Source: Campylobacter phage CP21. Taken from it: a stretch of 24,000 nucleotides of DNA. Shown here piece by piece: positions 1 through 7,490 of the stretch; the first letter of the stretch is position 1, and each line of letters starts with the position of its first letter. A program made the translations under genes and the position numbers. The stretch is from sequence record HE815464.1; one strand, written 5' to 3'. The notes beneath the pieces are model-generated. The model saw nothing but the letters and a program-made list of their open reading frames with translations. It was not told where the DNA came from and searched no databases.

Positions 1-318
1 ATGAGTTCAAAATATTTTAATGATATTATATTTGAAGTTGTTTGTAATTGTTTAAGTAGATCTCTATTAAGTTCTAATTTTTATAAAGTTTCAGGAAATC
101 ATTTAGAAGTATTTGATACATTGCCTTCAGATTTAAAAATCGAATACTGTGTTGTCTCCTGCGATGGTAATGCTGATATCAAATGGAATATTAAAATAGA
201 CGGTAAATTATGGAAATTGCAATTAAGATCTAAAGGTTCTTTACCACAATTTATGTTGGTACCTCAACCGGTAAGTGCTTCAAGTCAAGACAAAAAAATT
301 CAAGCTATTAATGTTTAA
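1..318 (+). CDS. Hypothetical protein, 105 aa as seen; may be truncated by the window edge
   Basis: Open frame from base 1 to the stop at 316-318; no family recognised. Confidence 0.5.
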   Translation: MSSKYFNDIIFEVVCNCLSRSLLSSNFYKVSGNHLEVFDTLPSDLKIEYCVVSCDGNADIKWNIKIDGKLWKLQLRSKGSLPQFMLVPQPVSASSQDKKIQAINV

Positions 319-320
319 AA

Positions 321-341
321 ATCTGCACTCGAGTGTTAGAT
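321..341 (+). terminator. Hairpin just after ORF 1 (CAC-TCGA-GTG core)
   Basis: atctgCAC TCGA GTGttagat: imperfect inverted repeat 3 nt after the stop codon; no clear U-tract. Confidence 0.35.
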
Positions 342-371
342 CTAGCACTATATTTAGCATCCAAATAAGTG

Positions 372-379
372 AATAAATA
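372..379 (+). promoter_or_regulatory. Possible T4-like late promoter (AATAAATA)
   Basis: AATAAATA 16 nt upstream of ATG 396; one mismatch to the T4 late -10 TATAAATA. Confidence 0.35.
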
Positions 380-395
380 CATAAAAAGGATCATA

Positions 396-909
396 ATGGC
401 AAAATTAATCTTACAAAGAATACAAGAATGTACCAATGTTAGAAAACCAAGTAAAGAAAAAATACGAAGGATCTACATTATCTGATTTAATATTATATGA
501 TGACAATGATCAAATTCTTTGGAAAGGTGCTGCTTGTGAAAATGCCGGACCAAGCACAGAAGAATCAGGAACTGATAAACGTATAACAGCAGGTTCTTAT
601 AAATTAGAATGGTGTGCTAGTTCTAAAAATGTTGGATTAGCTAAAAAATACCCACAATGGTACAATAAAGATCGGTCAACCATAGCAATTTGGGTTAAAA
701 GACCAAACGATGCTAATTTTAACAATAGATTAATCAGAATACATATTGGAAATTACCCACAAGATACAGAAGGTTGTATTTTACCTGGTAAAACCAGAGG
801 TGCTGGCATTGTTTCTAGTTCAGCAGATGCTTGCAACGAACTCTATACTAAAATAAAAGAAATTGGAATTAAAACTGTAGATTTTATTATTAAAGAAATT
901 GAAGCTTAA
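396..909 (+). CDS. DUF5675-like protein, reading frame interrupted at A6 run 457-462
   Basis: ATG 396 has an AAAAGG SD. MAKLILQRIQECTNVRKPSKE continues into ...YEGSTLSDLILYDDNDQILWKG if one A is removed. RIHIGNYPQDTEGCILPG resembles the DUF5675 signature. The supplied ORF starts at ATG 436, which has no SD. Confidence 0.55.
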
Positions 910-917
910 GGATTAAA

Positions 918-1260
918 ATGAGGGGGTTAGTTTATAAATCACCACTTAAAGTTGATTTAGATTTAGCAGAATCTTATAAAGGTAATATATTTTTATATAA
1001 TGAACCAATAAAAAATGATCCAGAATATAGCATACAAGATTCTATTGATTTAGTATCTAAACCAGATCCTGTAACTTTTAGTGAATCAATATCTTTAGAT
1101 GATACTAACCACTTCAATATTGATTTCAATTTTTAACGAAACAGCGATATTAAGAGAATCTGTCTTTGATATAACTTCTGAGACTATTGATTCTGATTTT
1201 AGTAGAGATCCAGAGCCTGTAGATCCTGGATTTAACTCTGATTCAAAACCAAGTGTATAA
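918..1260 (+). CDS. Hypothetical acidic protein, frame interrupted at T5 run 1130-1134
   Basis: The 918..1136 ORF stops at TTTTTAA. One T fewer extends it to ...FNFNETAILRESVFDITSETIDSDFSRDPEPVDPGFNSDSKPSV*. Confidence 0.55.
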
Positions 1261-1263
1261 ATA
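1256..1263 (+). promoter_or_regulatory. Exact T4-type late promoter -10 (TATAAATA) upstream of the protease gene
   Basis: TATAAATA at 1256-1263, 25 nt before ATG 1289 of a late morphogenesis gene. Confidence 0.5.
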
Positions 1264-1288
1264 AATACAAAAAAAACAAGGATTTTAA

Positions 1289-2044
1289 ATGTCAGATAAG
1301 TTAAAATTACTTTATGAATATCACGATGCTAATGTACTTATCGAAGAATCAGTTAACGACAAAAAAGAAAAAGTTAAAAAATATAAAATTGCTGGTATTT
1401 TTTCAACAATAGGTGAAAAAAACCGTAACGGTAGAATTTACCCAAAAGAACTCTGGGAAAGTAATGTTAAAAAATACCAAGACGTTATAAAAAGCGGTTC
1501 TATTAATAGACTTTGTGAGTGGGAACATCCTGAAAGAGGTACAGTTGATCCTATGGAAGCAGTTGCTGCCATCAATAAACTTGAAATCAACGGCAAGTAT
1601 GTTATGGGTGAAGCTACATTGTTAGATAATCCAAGAGCTAACCAATTAAAATCCTTAATAGATAATGGTATTAAATTGTCTGTATCTAGTAGAGGTTCTG
1701 GTAGAGTTAAAAATGGTATTGTCGAATCATTTGATTTAATTACATATGATTTAGTATCTGCACCAAGCGATTATAATGCTACTATGGAAGGAACATCTAT
1801 ATATGAATCACAAAAAGAATTTGTAATGGTGGATGGTAAATTAGTAGAATCTAAAGATTCTGACAGTGCTAAAGATTCTGACAGCGATAGCAAAGCTGAT
1901 ACTAAAGATTCGAAAGATTCGAAAGATTCTGATTCAAACGATTCTAAAGATAATACTGAAGATTCGAAACTAAAAGAATCTATTCTTAAAGAACATTTCT
2001 TAGAGTTTATTGAAATACTTAAGAACAAAAATAAAAACAAATAA
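1289..2044 (+). CDS. 21: Prohead core protease (T4 gp21-like) with Ser/Asp/Lys repeat tail
   Basis: 251 aa. EWEHP and KLSVSSRGSGRV match expected His and Ser catalytic regions of gp21-type proteases; located just upstream of the large terminase. Confidence 0.85.
   Translation: MSDKLKLLYEYHDANVLIEESVNDKKEKVKKYKIAGIFSTIGEKNRNGRIYPKELWESNVKKYQDVIKSGSINRLCEWEHPERGTVDPMEAVAAINKLEINGKYVMGEATLLDNPRANQLKSLIDNGIKLSVSSRGSGRVKNGIVESFDLITYDLVSAPSDYNATMEGTSIYESQKEFVMVDGKLVESKDSDSAKDSDSDSKADTKDSKDSKDSDSNDSKDNTEDSKLKESILKEHFLEFIEILKNKNKNK
1849..1974 (+). repeat. Low-complexity Ser/Asp/Lys-encoding repeats (aaagattcgaaagattctgattc)
   Basis: Encodes ESKDSDSAKDSDSDSKADTKDSKDSKDSDSNDSKDNTED. Confidence 0.8.
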
Positions 2045-2064
2045 TCTATAACAGGAGTTAAAAA

Positions 2065-2271
2065 ATGTATGACGATATTGTAAAGAATGTAATTCAAAAT
2101 AAAGGGCTGGCTCAAGCAAGTAATGATTTCAGAGCTATTCTAATTGATAAGTTCGACTATATGCCAGAAATTAGATCAAGACTAGCTTCTATTGAAAAAT
2201 ATAGGGATATGAGAGCTTCACAATTTTCTGCAAATAATGCATATAACCCAGATCGAGATTCGATTTCTTAA
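2065..2271 (+). CDS. Small hypothetical protein, 68 aa
   Basis: Open frame with SD-like GGAG upstream, between the protease and terminase genes; ends SIS*. Confidence 0.6.
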   Translation: MYDDIVKNVIQNKGLAQASNDFRAILIDKFDYMPEIRSRLASIEKYRDMRASQFSANNAYNPDRDSIS

Positions 2272-2297
2272 ACATTTAAAATCCAAATTTTACTCGA

Positions 2298-2331
2298 GAG
2301 CTAACATTTTAAAATACTAAAATATTAGCTC
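2298..2331 (+). terminator. Long intergenic hairpin, putative terminator
   Basis: GAGCTAA c ATTTTA ...TAAAAT a TTAGCTC; 13 paired positions in two blocks; weak U-tract. Confidence 0.55.
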
Positions 2332-2365
2332 TTCAGCTTCAAATTTCAAACCATAATCAGTTAAT

Positions 2366-2398
2366 TTTAATATATAATATAATATAATATAATATAAT
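2366..2398 (+). promoter_or_regulatory. Putative promoter with (TATAA)5 tandem -10 repeat
   Basis: TTTAAT, 11 nt, TATAAT (2383-2388), inside perfect (TATAA)5 at 2373-2397, upstream of the terminase gene. Confidence 0.5.
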
Positions 2399-2424
2399 AA
2401 AACAAAATCATAAAAAGATTTATA

Positions 2425-3636
2425 ATGTTAAGCAAAGAAGAAATAAAATATTTTCAAACACATAAAAATGAAATAACAGACGAACTCTTAGAAACAATTA
2501 GAGCTCAAGGAAAACTAGGAAAAGCACAAGCCTTAGAAATCTTAGATTTACCTAAAGACTCTGACAACTATTACTTAGATGCGTATAATACGAGAATTAG
2601 TTATAATGGGTCTCGTGGTCTTAAAAAAGCTTACACAAAATTAAACTTAAGTCCGATACATATCAGCGAGCTTGAAAAATGTGCGAATGATCCACTTTAT
2701 TTCTTAAGAAATTATGTTCGAATGACTACACCAAAAGGTTTTGATTTCGTAGATTCTAGGCCATACCAGGATGAATTTATACAATTGCTGAGCGATGATT
2801 CTATCGAAAACGTGATATCAATGCAGCCTCGTCAATGCATTGAAGCAAATACTAAAATAAATGTAAATGGTAATGAAACTACTATTATTGAATTATTCGT
2901 TAACCAAGAATCTAATAAAAGATTATATTTTAATAGTTCTAAGTTTATTGAAAGTTATGAATGTAAAGACAAATATGTAGAAACGCCTATAGGTAAAGTC
3001 AAAATTCTCGAAGTCCATAAAACTATTAAATACAATATTTTTGAGATAGAAACCGAAAATGGATTCAAGTTACAAGCATCTGAATTACACGTATTAATAG
3101 ACGAAAATGATAACGAATTATATGTTAGAGATTGTTTAAATAAGGTAATTAAAACAAAATCAGGACCTTCTAAAATAATATCTAAAACATTTATAAAATA
3201 TGATCATTGTTATGATTTAACTTTAGAGCATTATCACCTTTATTACACCAATGGTGTTTTAAGTCATAATTCATCTAAATCAACTACAACAAGTGTAAAA
3301 CTTGCACATTTATACTGTTTTAAGAAAGATCTTACCATAGGTATAGTTGCTTATAGTGGTAATTCTGCCCGAGAGTTCTTAGATAAAACAAAGAAAATAT
3401 TAATAGGTTTACCAATATGGATGCAGCCAGGAACAGTTACTTGGAATAAAGGTTCAATAGAATGTGAAAATAATATACGTATTTTAACGGACGTGCCGAG
3501 CAACAGCTCATTTAGGGGATTCAGTTGCTGTCTCGAAAATACTCGAGTGCAGGTAAGAAATAAATATACTAATAAAATAGAAACGCTTACCATAAAGGAA
3601 TTGTATGCTAGGTTACAAGAACTCAAAAAATCTTAA
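2425..3636 (+). CDS. 17: Large terminase subunit (T4 gp17-like), N-terminal gene piece, ending in the N part of intein 2
   Basis: Contains Walker A region PRQ^SSKSTTT after removal of intein 1 and ILTDVPSNSSFRGFS; continues in 4867..6711. Predicted joined exteins total about 600 aa. Confidence 0.9.
   Translation: MLSKEEIKYFQTHKNEITDELLETIRAQGKLGKAQALEILDLPKDSDNYYLDAYNTRISYNGSRGLKKAYTKLNLSPIHISELEKCANDPLYFLRNYVRMTTPKGFDFVDSRPYQDEFIQLLSDDSIENVISMQPRQCIEANTKINVNGNETTIIELFVNQESNKRLYFNSSKFIESYECKDKYVETPIGKVKILEVHKTIKYNIFEIETENGFKLQASELHVLIDENDNELYVRDCLNKVIKTKSGPSKIISKTFIKYDHCYDLTLEHYHLYYTNGVLSHNSSKSTTTSVKLAHLYCFKKDLTIGIVAYSGNSAREFLDKTKKILIGLPIWMQPGTVTWNKGSIECENNIRILTDVPSNSSFRGFSCCLENTRVQVRNKYTNKIETLTIKELYARLQELKKS
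2836..3270 (+). mobile_element. Intein 1: 145-aa mini-intein inserted in Walker A of the terminase
   Basis: Starts Cys (CIEANTKI), ends YHLYYTNGVLSHN, followed by +1 Ser (SSKSTTT); HCYDLTLEHYHLYYTNGVLSHN is a canonical C-terminal intein block. Confidence 0.92.
3529..3633 (+). mobile_element. Intein 2, N-terminal fragment (35 aa) of a putative split intein
   Basis: CLENTRVQVRNKYTNKIETLTIKELYARLQELKKS*; block-A start (C-L-x-x-T-x-V) then stop. Cys at 3526 could be residue 1 instead. Confidence 0.8.
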
Positions 3637-4870
3637 ATTAACACATAATGTTGAATTTCCTAAGGACTTTTTAGAACCACACCCAATACCAAAATGTTCA
3701 TTAAATGATGAAGAAAAACAAATAATAAAAAACATACTCGAAGAAGTTAATTTTTTTAATGCTAAATATAATAGTGAGTTAACAAGATTTAGATTCTGGG
3801 AGAGAACAAATCCAGAATTAGGTGCTAAATTTTTAAAAGATTTTAATTTTTTTAAATCCTATTATCATAAAATTAGACTTATAGATTATATAAAGGTTTT
3901 TATATTAAATACAGAGACACAAAAAAGTCTTACCAGAAAATTTAAAGACATAGATGATTTTGTAAAAAATGCCAGATATTGTGATAGTACAATAGTAAAC
4001 AATAATAAGTTGATAGAATCAAATGAAATTAAAAAATATATTAATTTTAAACCTATTAAAGCTAGTGAATTATTATTTTGTTATTATGCTAATATTAAAG
4101 ATAGACCACTTTGTAAAATGTGCACCAAAGAAGTAGAGTTTCAAAATATGCAATATGGTTATAGATTGTTTTGTTCACCAGAATGTCAAATAACATACCA
4201 TAATTCTAAAAAACCTATAAAGCATTCTAATTTATCACACGATGAAATTATAAAAATTATTAAGAGTGTCCCGCCTGATATCAGAAATACTGCAAATGAA
4301 AAAATAGCAAATATTTTTGGTAATGTACTTGAATATACAAAAGATTCGGATATCAGAGATGATGAAAGATTATATCTATATGTTAATAAATTAAGTACTA
4401 ACCACGTATTTTGTGAATGTGGAAATAAAAAATCATTTAAAAGCCAAATACAAGGTTATGCTAAAACTTGTGGGTCAATATATTGCATCTTACTAAGTAA
4501 AGGCCATAAACCCCGTAGGCCTAAAGGAACGTATTCTAATACTGTTTCTGGAAATGGTTACGGTATGCCCGGAAATGTTTATGTATTATATTCAGAATCA
4601 TTAGGTGCTTACAAAGTAGGAATAACCAAAAACTTAGAACAGCGTTTAAGAGATTTAAGACGCTTTGTTCCTGACCTGGATTTAAAAATATGTGTATTCG
4701 TAAGCGACTCGGGCCGTGTCGAGAAATTTATACATAAAAAATATAAAGATAATAATGTTAAATTTAGGGAGGGATTTCCAGGATCTGGCGAATTCTTTGA
4801 TTTAAATAAAGCTGAAATGGAAGACATAACAAGAATATTAATAGAAGCGAACTTCAAGGAAAATGTGTGA
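3605..4870 (+). CDS. GIY-YIG/T5orf172-like putative homing endonuclease with zinc-finger regions, between intein halves
   Basis: 421 aa. VYVLYSESLGAYKVGITKNLEQRLRDLRR GIY-YIG-like motif; CKMC...CSPEC and CECG...C...C Cys clusters. AAAGGA SD at 3594-3599. Confidence 0.82.
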   Translation: MLGYKNSKNLKLTHNVEFPKDFLEPHPIPKCSLNDEEKQIIKNILEEVNFFNAKYNSELTRFRFWERTNPELGAKFLKDFNFFKSYYHKIRLIDYIKVFILNTETQKSLTRKFKDIDDFVKNARYCDSTIVNNNKLIESNEIKKYINFKPIKASELLFCYYANIKDRPLCKMCTKEVEFQNMQYGYRLFCSPECQITYHNSKKPIKHSNLSHDEIIKIIKSVPPDIRNTANEKIANIFGNVLEYTKDSDIRDDERLYLYVNKLSTNHVFCECGNKKSFKSQIQGYAKTCGSIYCILLSKGHKPRRPKGTYSNTVSGNGYGMPGNVYVLYSESLGAYKVGITKNLEQRLRDLRRFVPDLDLKICVFVSDSGRVEKFIHKKYKDNNVKFREGFPGSGEFFDLNKAEMEDITRILIEANFKENV

Positions 4871-5178
4871 GTGAAATCCAAGATATAAATCCATATGAAA
4901 TATTAACACCACAAGGATTTAAACCTTTTGTTGATATCATTAAATCAATTCAAACAACTGGCATAACAATAACTTTAGAGGATTCAAGAGAGATATCAGT
5001 TACATTAGATCACAAATTTAAACACTTAAATGATTATAAAGAAGCCAAATATTTTAAAGTAGGTGATAAATTACAGTGTTCAAAAATTATTAAAATTGAA
5101 AATATTGAAGGTGAATTTTATGAACCTTTAGAAGTTCAAGATCACGAGTATATAGCCAACGACTTTATAAATCATAAT
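4867..5178 (+). mobile_element. Intein 2, C-terminal fragment (104 aa)
   Basis: MSEIQDINPYEILTPQGFKPF...VTLDHKFK...EPLEVQDHEYIANDFINHN then +1 Cys (CNIIVVDE); block B and C-terminal HN present. Confidence 0.88.
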
Positions 5179-6711
5179 TGTAATATAATCGTTGTTGATG
5201 AATGTTTAGAATACAGCACTACCATAAACATATATAGCAAAACGTTAAATGAATCTTTTGATATTAAGATCGGAGACTTCTACAATCAAAATCCTAACAT
5301 AAACAATTTCAAAGTTCTAACTTCTAATGGTTATAAATCATTCAAAGGTATTAAAAAAACTATTAGACGCGATAACTTGCAAATATTTTTCGAAGATTCT
5401 AATATTATAGTAACACCTGAACATAAATTTTATGATAATGGAACTTTCATAAGAGCAAAGGATATAAAAATTAACGATATCATAAATGGTAAAAAAGTTA
5501 AATCAATTAAAGAAAATGTTGCTTGTAGCAATGAATTCTTTGATTTATTAGATGTTGAAGATGGTCATCATTTTACTGCTAATAATATAGAAGTTTCAAA
5601 TTGTGCATATTTAGATCCAGCCTCTTGGATAGATTTCACTGATGGTGTTTTACCATCACAAGCTGGCTTAGCTTTCAAAAAATTAGTTATTTTATCTACA
5701 CCTAAAGGTAAGAATCATTTTTACGATATTTGGCAGGGTGCTGGAGATACTTTAGATACTTCTGTTAATGGATTTGTAAAACATAAAGTAGATTGGAGAT
5801 TAGTCCCAAGGTTTAAATCTGATGGTACTAAGTATGAACCAGAAGAATTTAAACAACAACAAATTAAATCCAGTGGTCTAGTCATTTGGAATTCTGCATA
5901 CGAATGCAAATTTGAAGGTTCTGCGATGACATTGATACCTAGTGAAATATTAGATACTTATAAACCACAAGAACCAATAGAAGTTGATAATATTAAGGAT
6001 TCTAAAATACTAATATACGAAGAACCAATACCCGGACATAAATACGTTATGGGTGTTGACACTGCTAAAGAAGGTGCTGATTTTACAGGGGTTCAAATAT
6101 TTGATACTACAGATTTAAATTTCAGACAAGTAGCATCAGCAAAACTTAAAATAGATTATATGTTATTACCAGAGTTACTCAATGAGTATGGTTTAAGGTT
6201 CAATCAAGCTTTAATAATTGTAGAAAATAATGAAGGCTCTGGTCAAGTGGTTGCTGATATTCTCAAAAGAGATTATGAATATGAGAACTTATATTATGAC
6301 GTCAATAAACAAAAACAAAGATTAAAATATCCTGGGTTCAGAACTACAAAATTATCAAGGGATGTTATTTTACAAACTGTATCAACGTTAGCACAAGCTA
6401 ATAAATTATTATTAGTGGACAAAGAAACTATTAAGGAGTTTGGAGTATTTACATTAAATGATAATGGTAAGTACCAAGCAGCTGTAGGATATCACGATGA
6501 TTTAGTAATGTCTTGTTGTTTATGTTTTGGTATTTTTACAAATGTTAAGAACTTTGAAGATATGAAAGAAATTGTAGATTCTTTAAAAAGTTCCGAAGGA
6601 AAAAGTTTTGAGTATCTAACATTTGGAGCTTTTGCAGATGGTTTAGGTACAGAGCCAGATTCTAACACTGATAATAAGGATTTGAATCACAGTAATTTGG
6701 AATATTATTAA
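4867..6711 (+). CDS. 17: Large terminase subunit, C-terminal gene piece, beginning with the C part of intein 2 and containing intein 3
   Basis: GTG start preceded by AAGGA at 4856-4860. Contains IIVVDE, LSTPKGKNHFYDIW, GVDTAKEGADFTGV, IVENNEGSGQV and GYHDDLVMS, characteristic of T4-type TerL ATPase and nuclease. Confidence 0.9.
   Translation: MSEIQDINPYEILTPQGFKPFVDIIKSIQTTGITITLEDSREISVTLDHKFKHLNDYKEAKYFKVGDKLQCSKIIKIENIEGEFYEPLEVQDHEYIANDFINHNCNIIVVDECLEYSTTINIYSKTLNESFDIKIGDFYNQNPNINNFKVLTSNGYKSFKGIKKTIRRDNLQIFFEDSNIIVTPEHKFYDNGTFIRAKDIKINDIINGKKVKSIKENVACSNEFFDLLDVEDGHHFTANNIEVSNCAYLDPASWIDFTDGVLPSQAGLAFKKLVILSTPKGKNHFYDIWQGAGDTLDTSVNGFVKHKVDWRLVPRFKSDGTKYEPEEFKQQQIKSSGLVIWNSAYECKFEGSAMTLIPSEILDTYKPQEPIEVDNIKDSKILIYEEPIPGHKYVMGVDTAKEGADFTGVQIFDTTDLNFRQVASAKLKIDYMLLPELLNEYGLRFNQALIIVENNEGSGQVVADILKRDYEYENLYYDVNKQKQRLKYPGFRTTKLSRDVILQTVSTLAQANKLLLVDKETIKEFGVFTLNDNGKYQAAVGYHDDLVMSCCLCFGIFTNVKNFEDMKEIVDSLKSSEGKSFEYLTFGAFADGLGTEPDSNTDNKDLNHSNLEYY
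5203..5601 (+). mobile_element. Intein 3: 133-aa mini-intein inserted in Walker B of the terminase
   Basis: CLEYSTTINIY...KVLTSNGYKSF...IIVTPEHKFYDNG...FFDLLDVEDGHHFTANNIEVSN then +1 Cys (CAYLDPASW). Restores VVDE-CAYLDP. Penultimate residue is Ser rather than His. Confidence 0.88.
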
Positions 6712-6726
6712 AATTTTGGATTCTAA

Positions 6727-7456
6727 ATGAAAGAATATATTAAATACAACGATAGAAAATTTACTTTAACAGCTTACAAAGTTAAAACTGAAAGAGATTT
6801 ATTATTAACTGCAAGCTCAGATGATACTGTATACAGTAAAGATCTAAATGATTTAAACTTAGACATTTACTTAAGAATCTTAGAACCTTATATAGATTCT
6901 AATATAAACATTTATGATTTATATCCGGAAGAAAAATTATTTTTACTTTATAGATTAAGAGCAACTTCAGTTTCTGACCAATTATCTTTAAATACTAGGT
7001 GTGATTGTGGTTGTACTTTTAAATCTAACATAGATTTAGGAAAAATTGGAGATCTCCATAGTATTGATACAAATACATACCCAGATTTGAAAGACGTTTA
7101 TAGCCCAAATTTAACCGACATATACAGTGATTCTTACTTAGAATCTAATATTATGGATTATGATTCTGAATTAGATATGTATTTAGAAGCTAATACTACT
7201 AAATTTAACTTTATTAAAGTTGTTAAATGTTATAATTGTAAGAAAGATCTTGAAATCGATTTAACAAACCCAGAAATATATAAAAATATATTTTACAGAG
7301 AATCCTATAGGTGAGTTCTACAAAAGTTTGACAAGATTATCATTTCTAGGTAAGTTTACCATAGATGGTATTTTAAATGATTTATATCCATTTGAAAGAG
7401 AAATCTTTATAAGTTTAATAAATGATGAAGTAGAAGAACAAAATAAAGACACTTAA
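6727..7456 (+). CDS. Baseplate hub assembly protein (gp26/gp51-like), frame interrupted at T4 run 7291-7294
   Basis: Zinc-binding CDCGC...CYNCKK. After removing one T the frame continues FTENPIGEFYKSLTRLSFLGKFTIDGILNDLYPFEREIFISLINDEVEEQNKDT*. Confidence 0.65.
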
Positions 7457-7479
7457 AAAACAATCTTAGTCTTTAAGTG
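7450..7479 (+). terminator. Hairpin between convergent genes
   Basis: CACTTAAA...TTTAAGTG inverted repeat overlapping the stop at 7454-7456. Confidence 0.4.
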
Positions 7480-7490
7480 CTTAGTGTGCG

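Noticed and set aside
1849-1974. gattcgaaagattc repeats considered as CRISPR-like
   Set aside because: In-frame degenerate protein repeats with no unique spacers or regular 25-35 nt period.
1771-2115. 114-aa minus-strand ORF opposite the protease tail
   Set aside because: Antisense to the repetitive SD-rich tail (gives SFESFESESFESF); low-complexity mirror of a confident + strand gene.
2425-3270. Group I intron interpretation of the terminase interruptions
   Set aside because: The inserts are open in frame with intein block motifs and Cys/Ser/Asn junction residues; there is no need for RNA splicing.
3351-3626. Minus-strand ORFs within the terminase and endonuclease (3351..3626, 4609..4881, 5721..5909)
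   Set aside because: Fully antisense to strongly supported coding; no SD or domain evidence.
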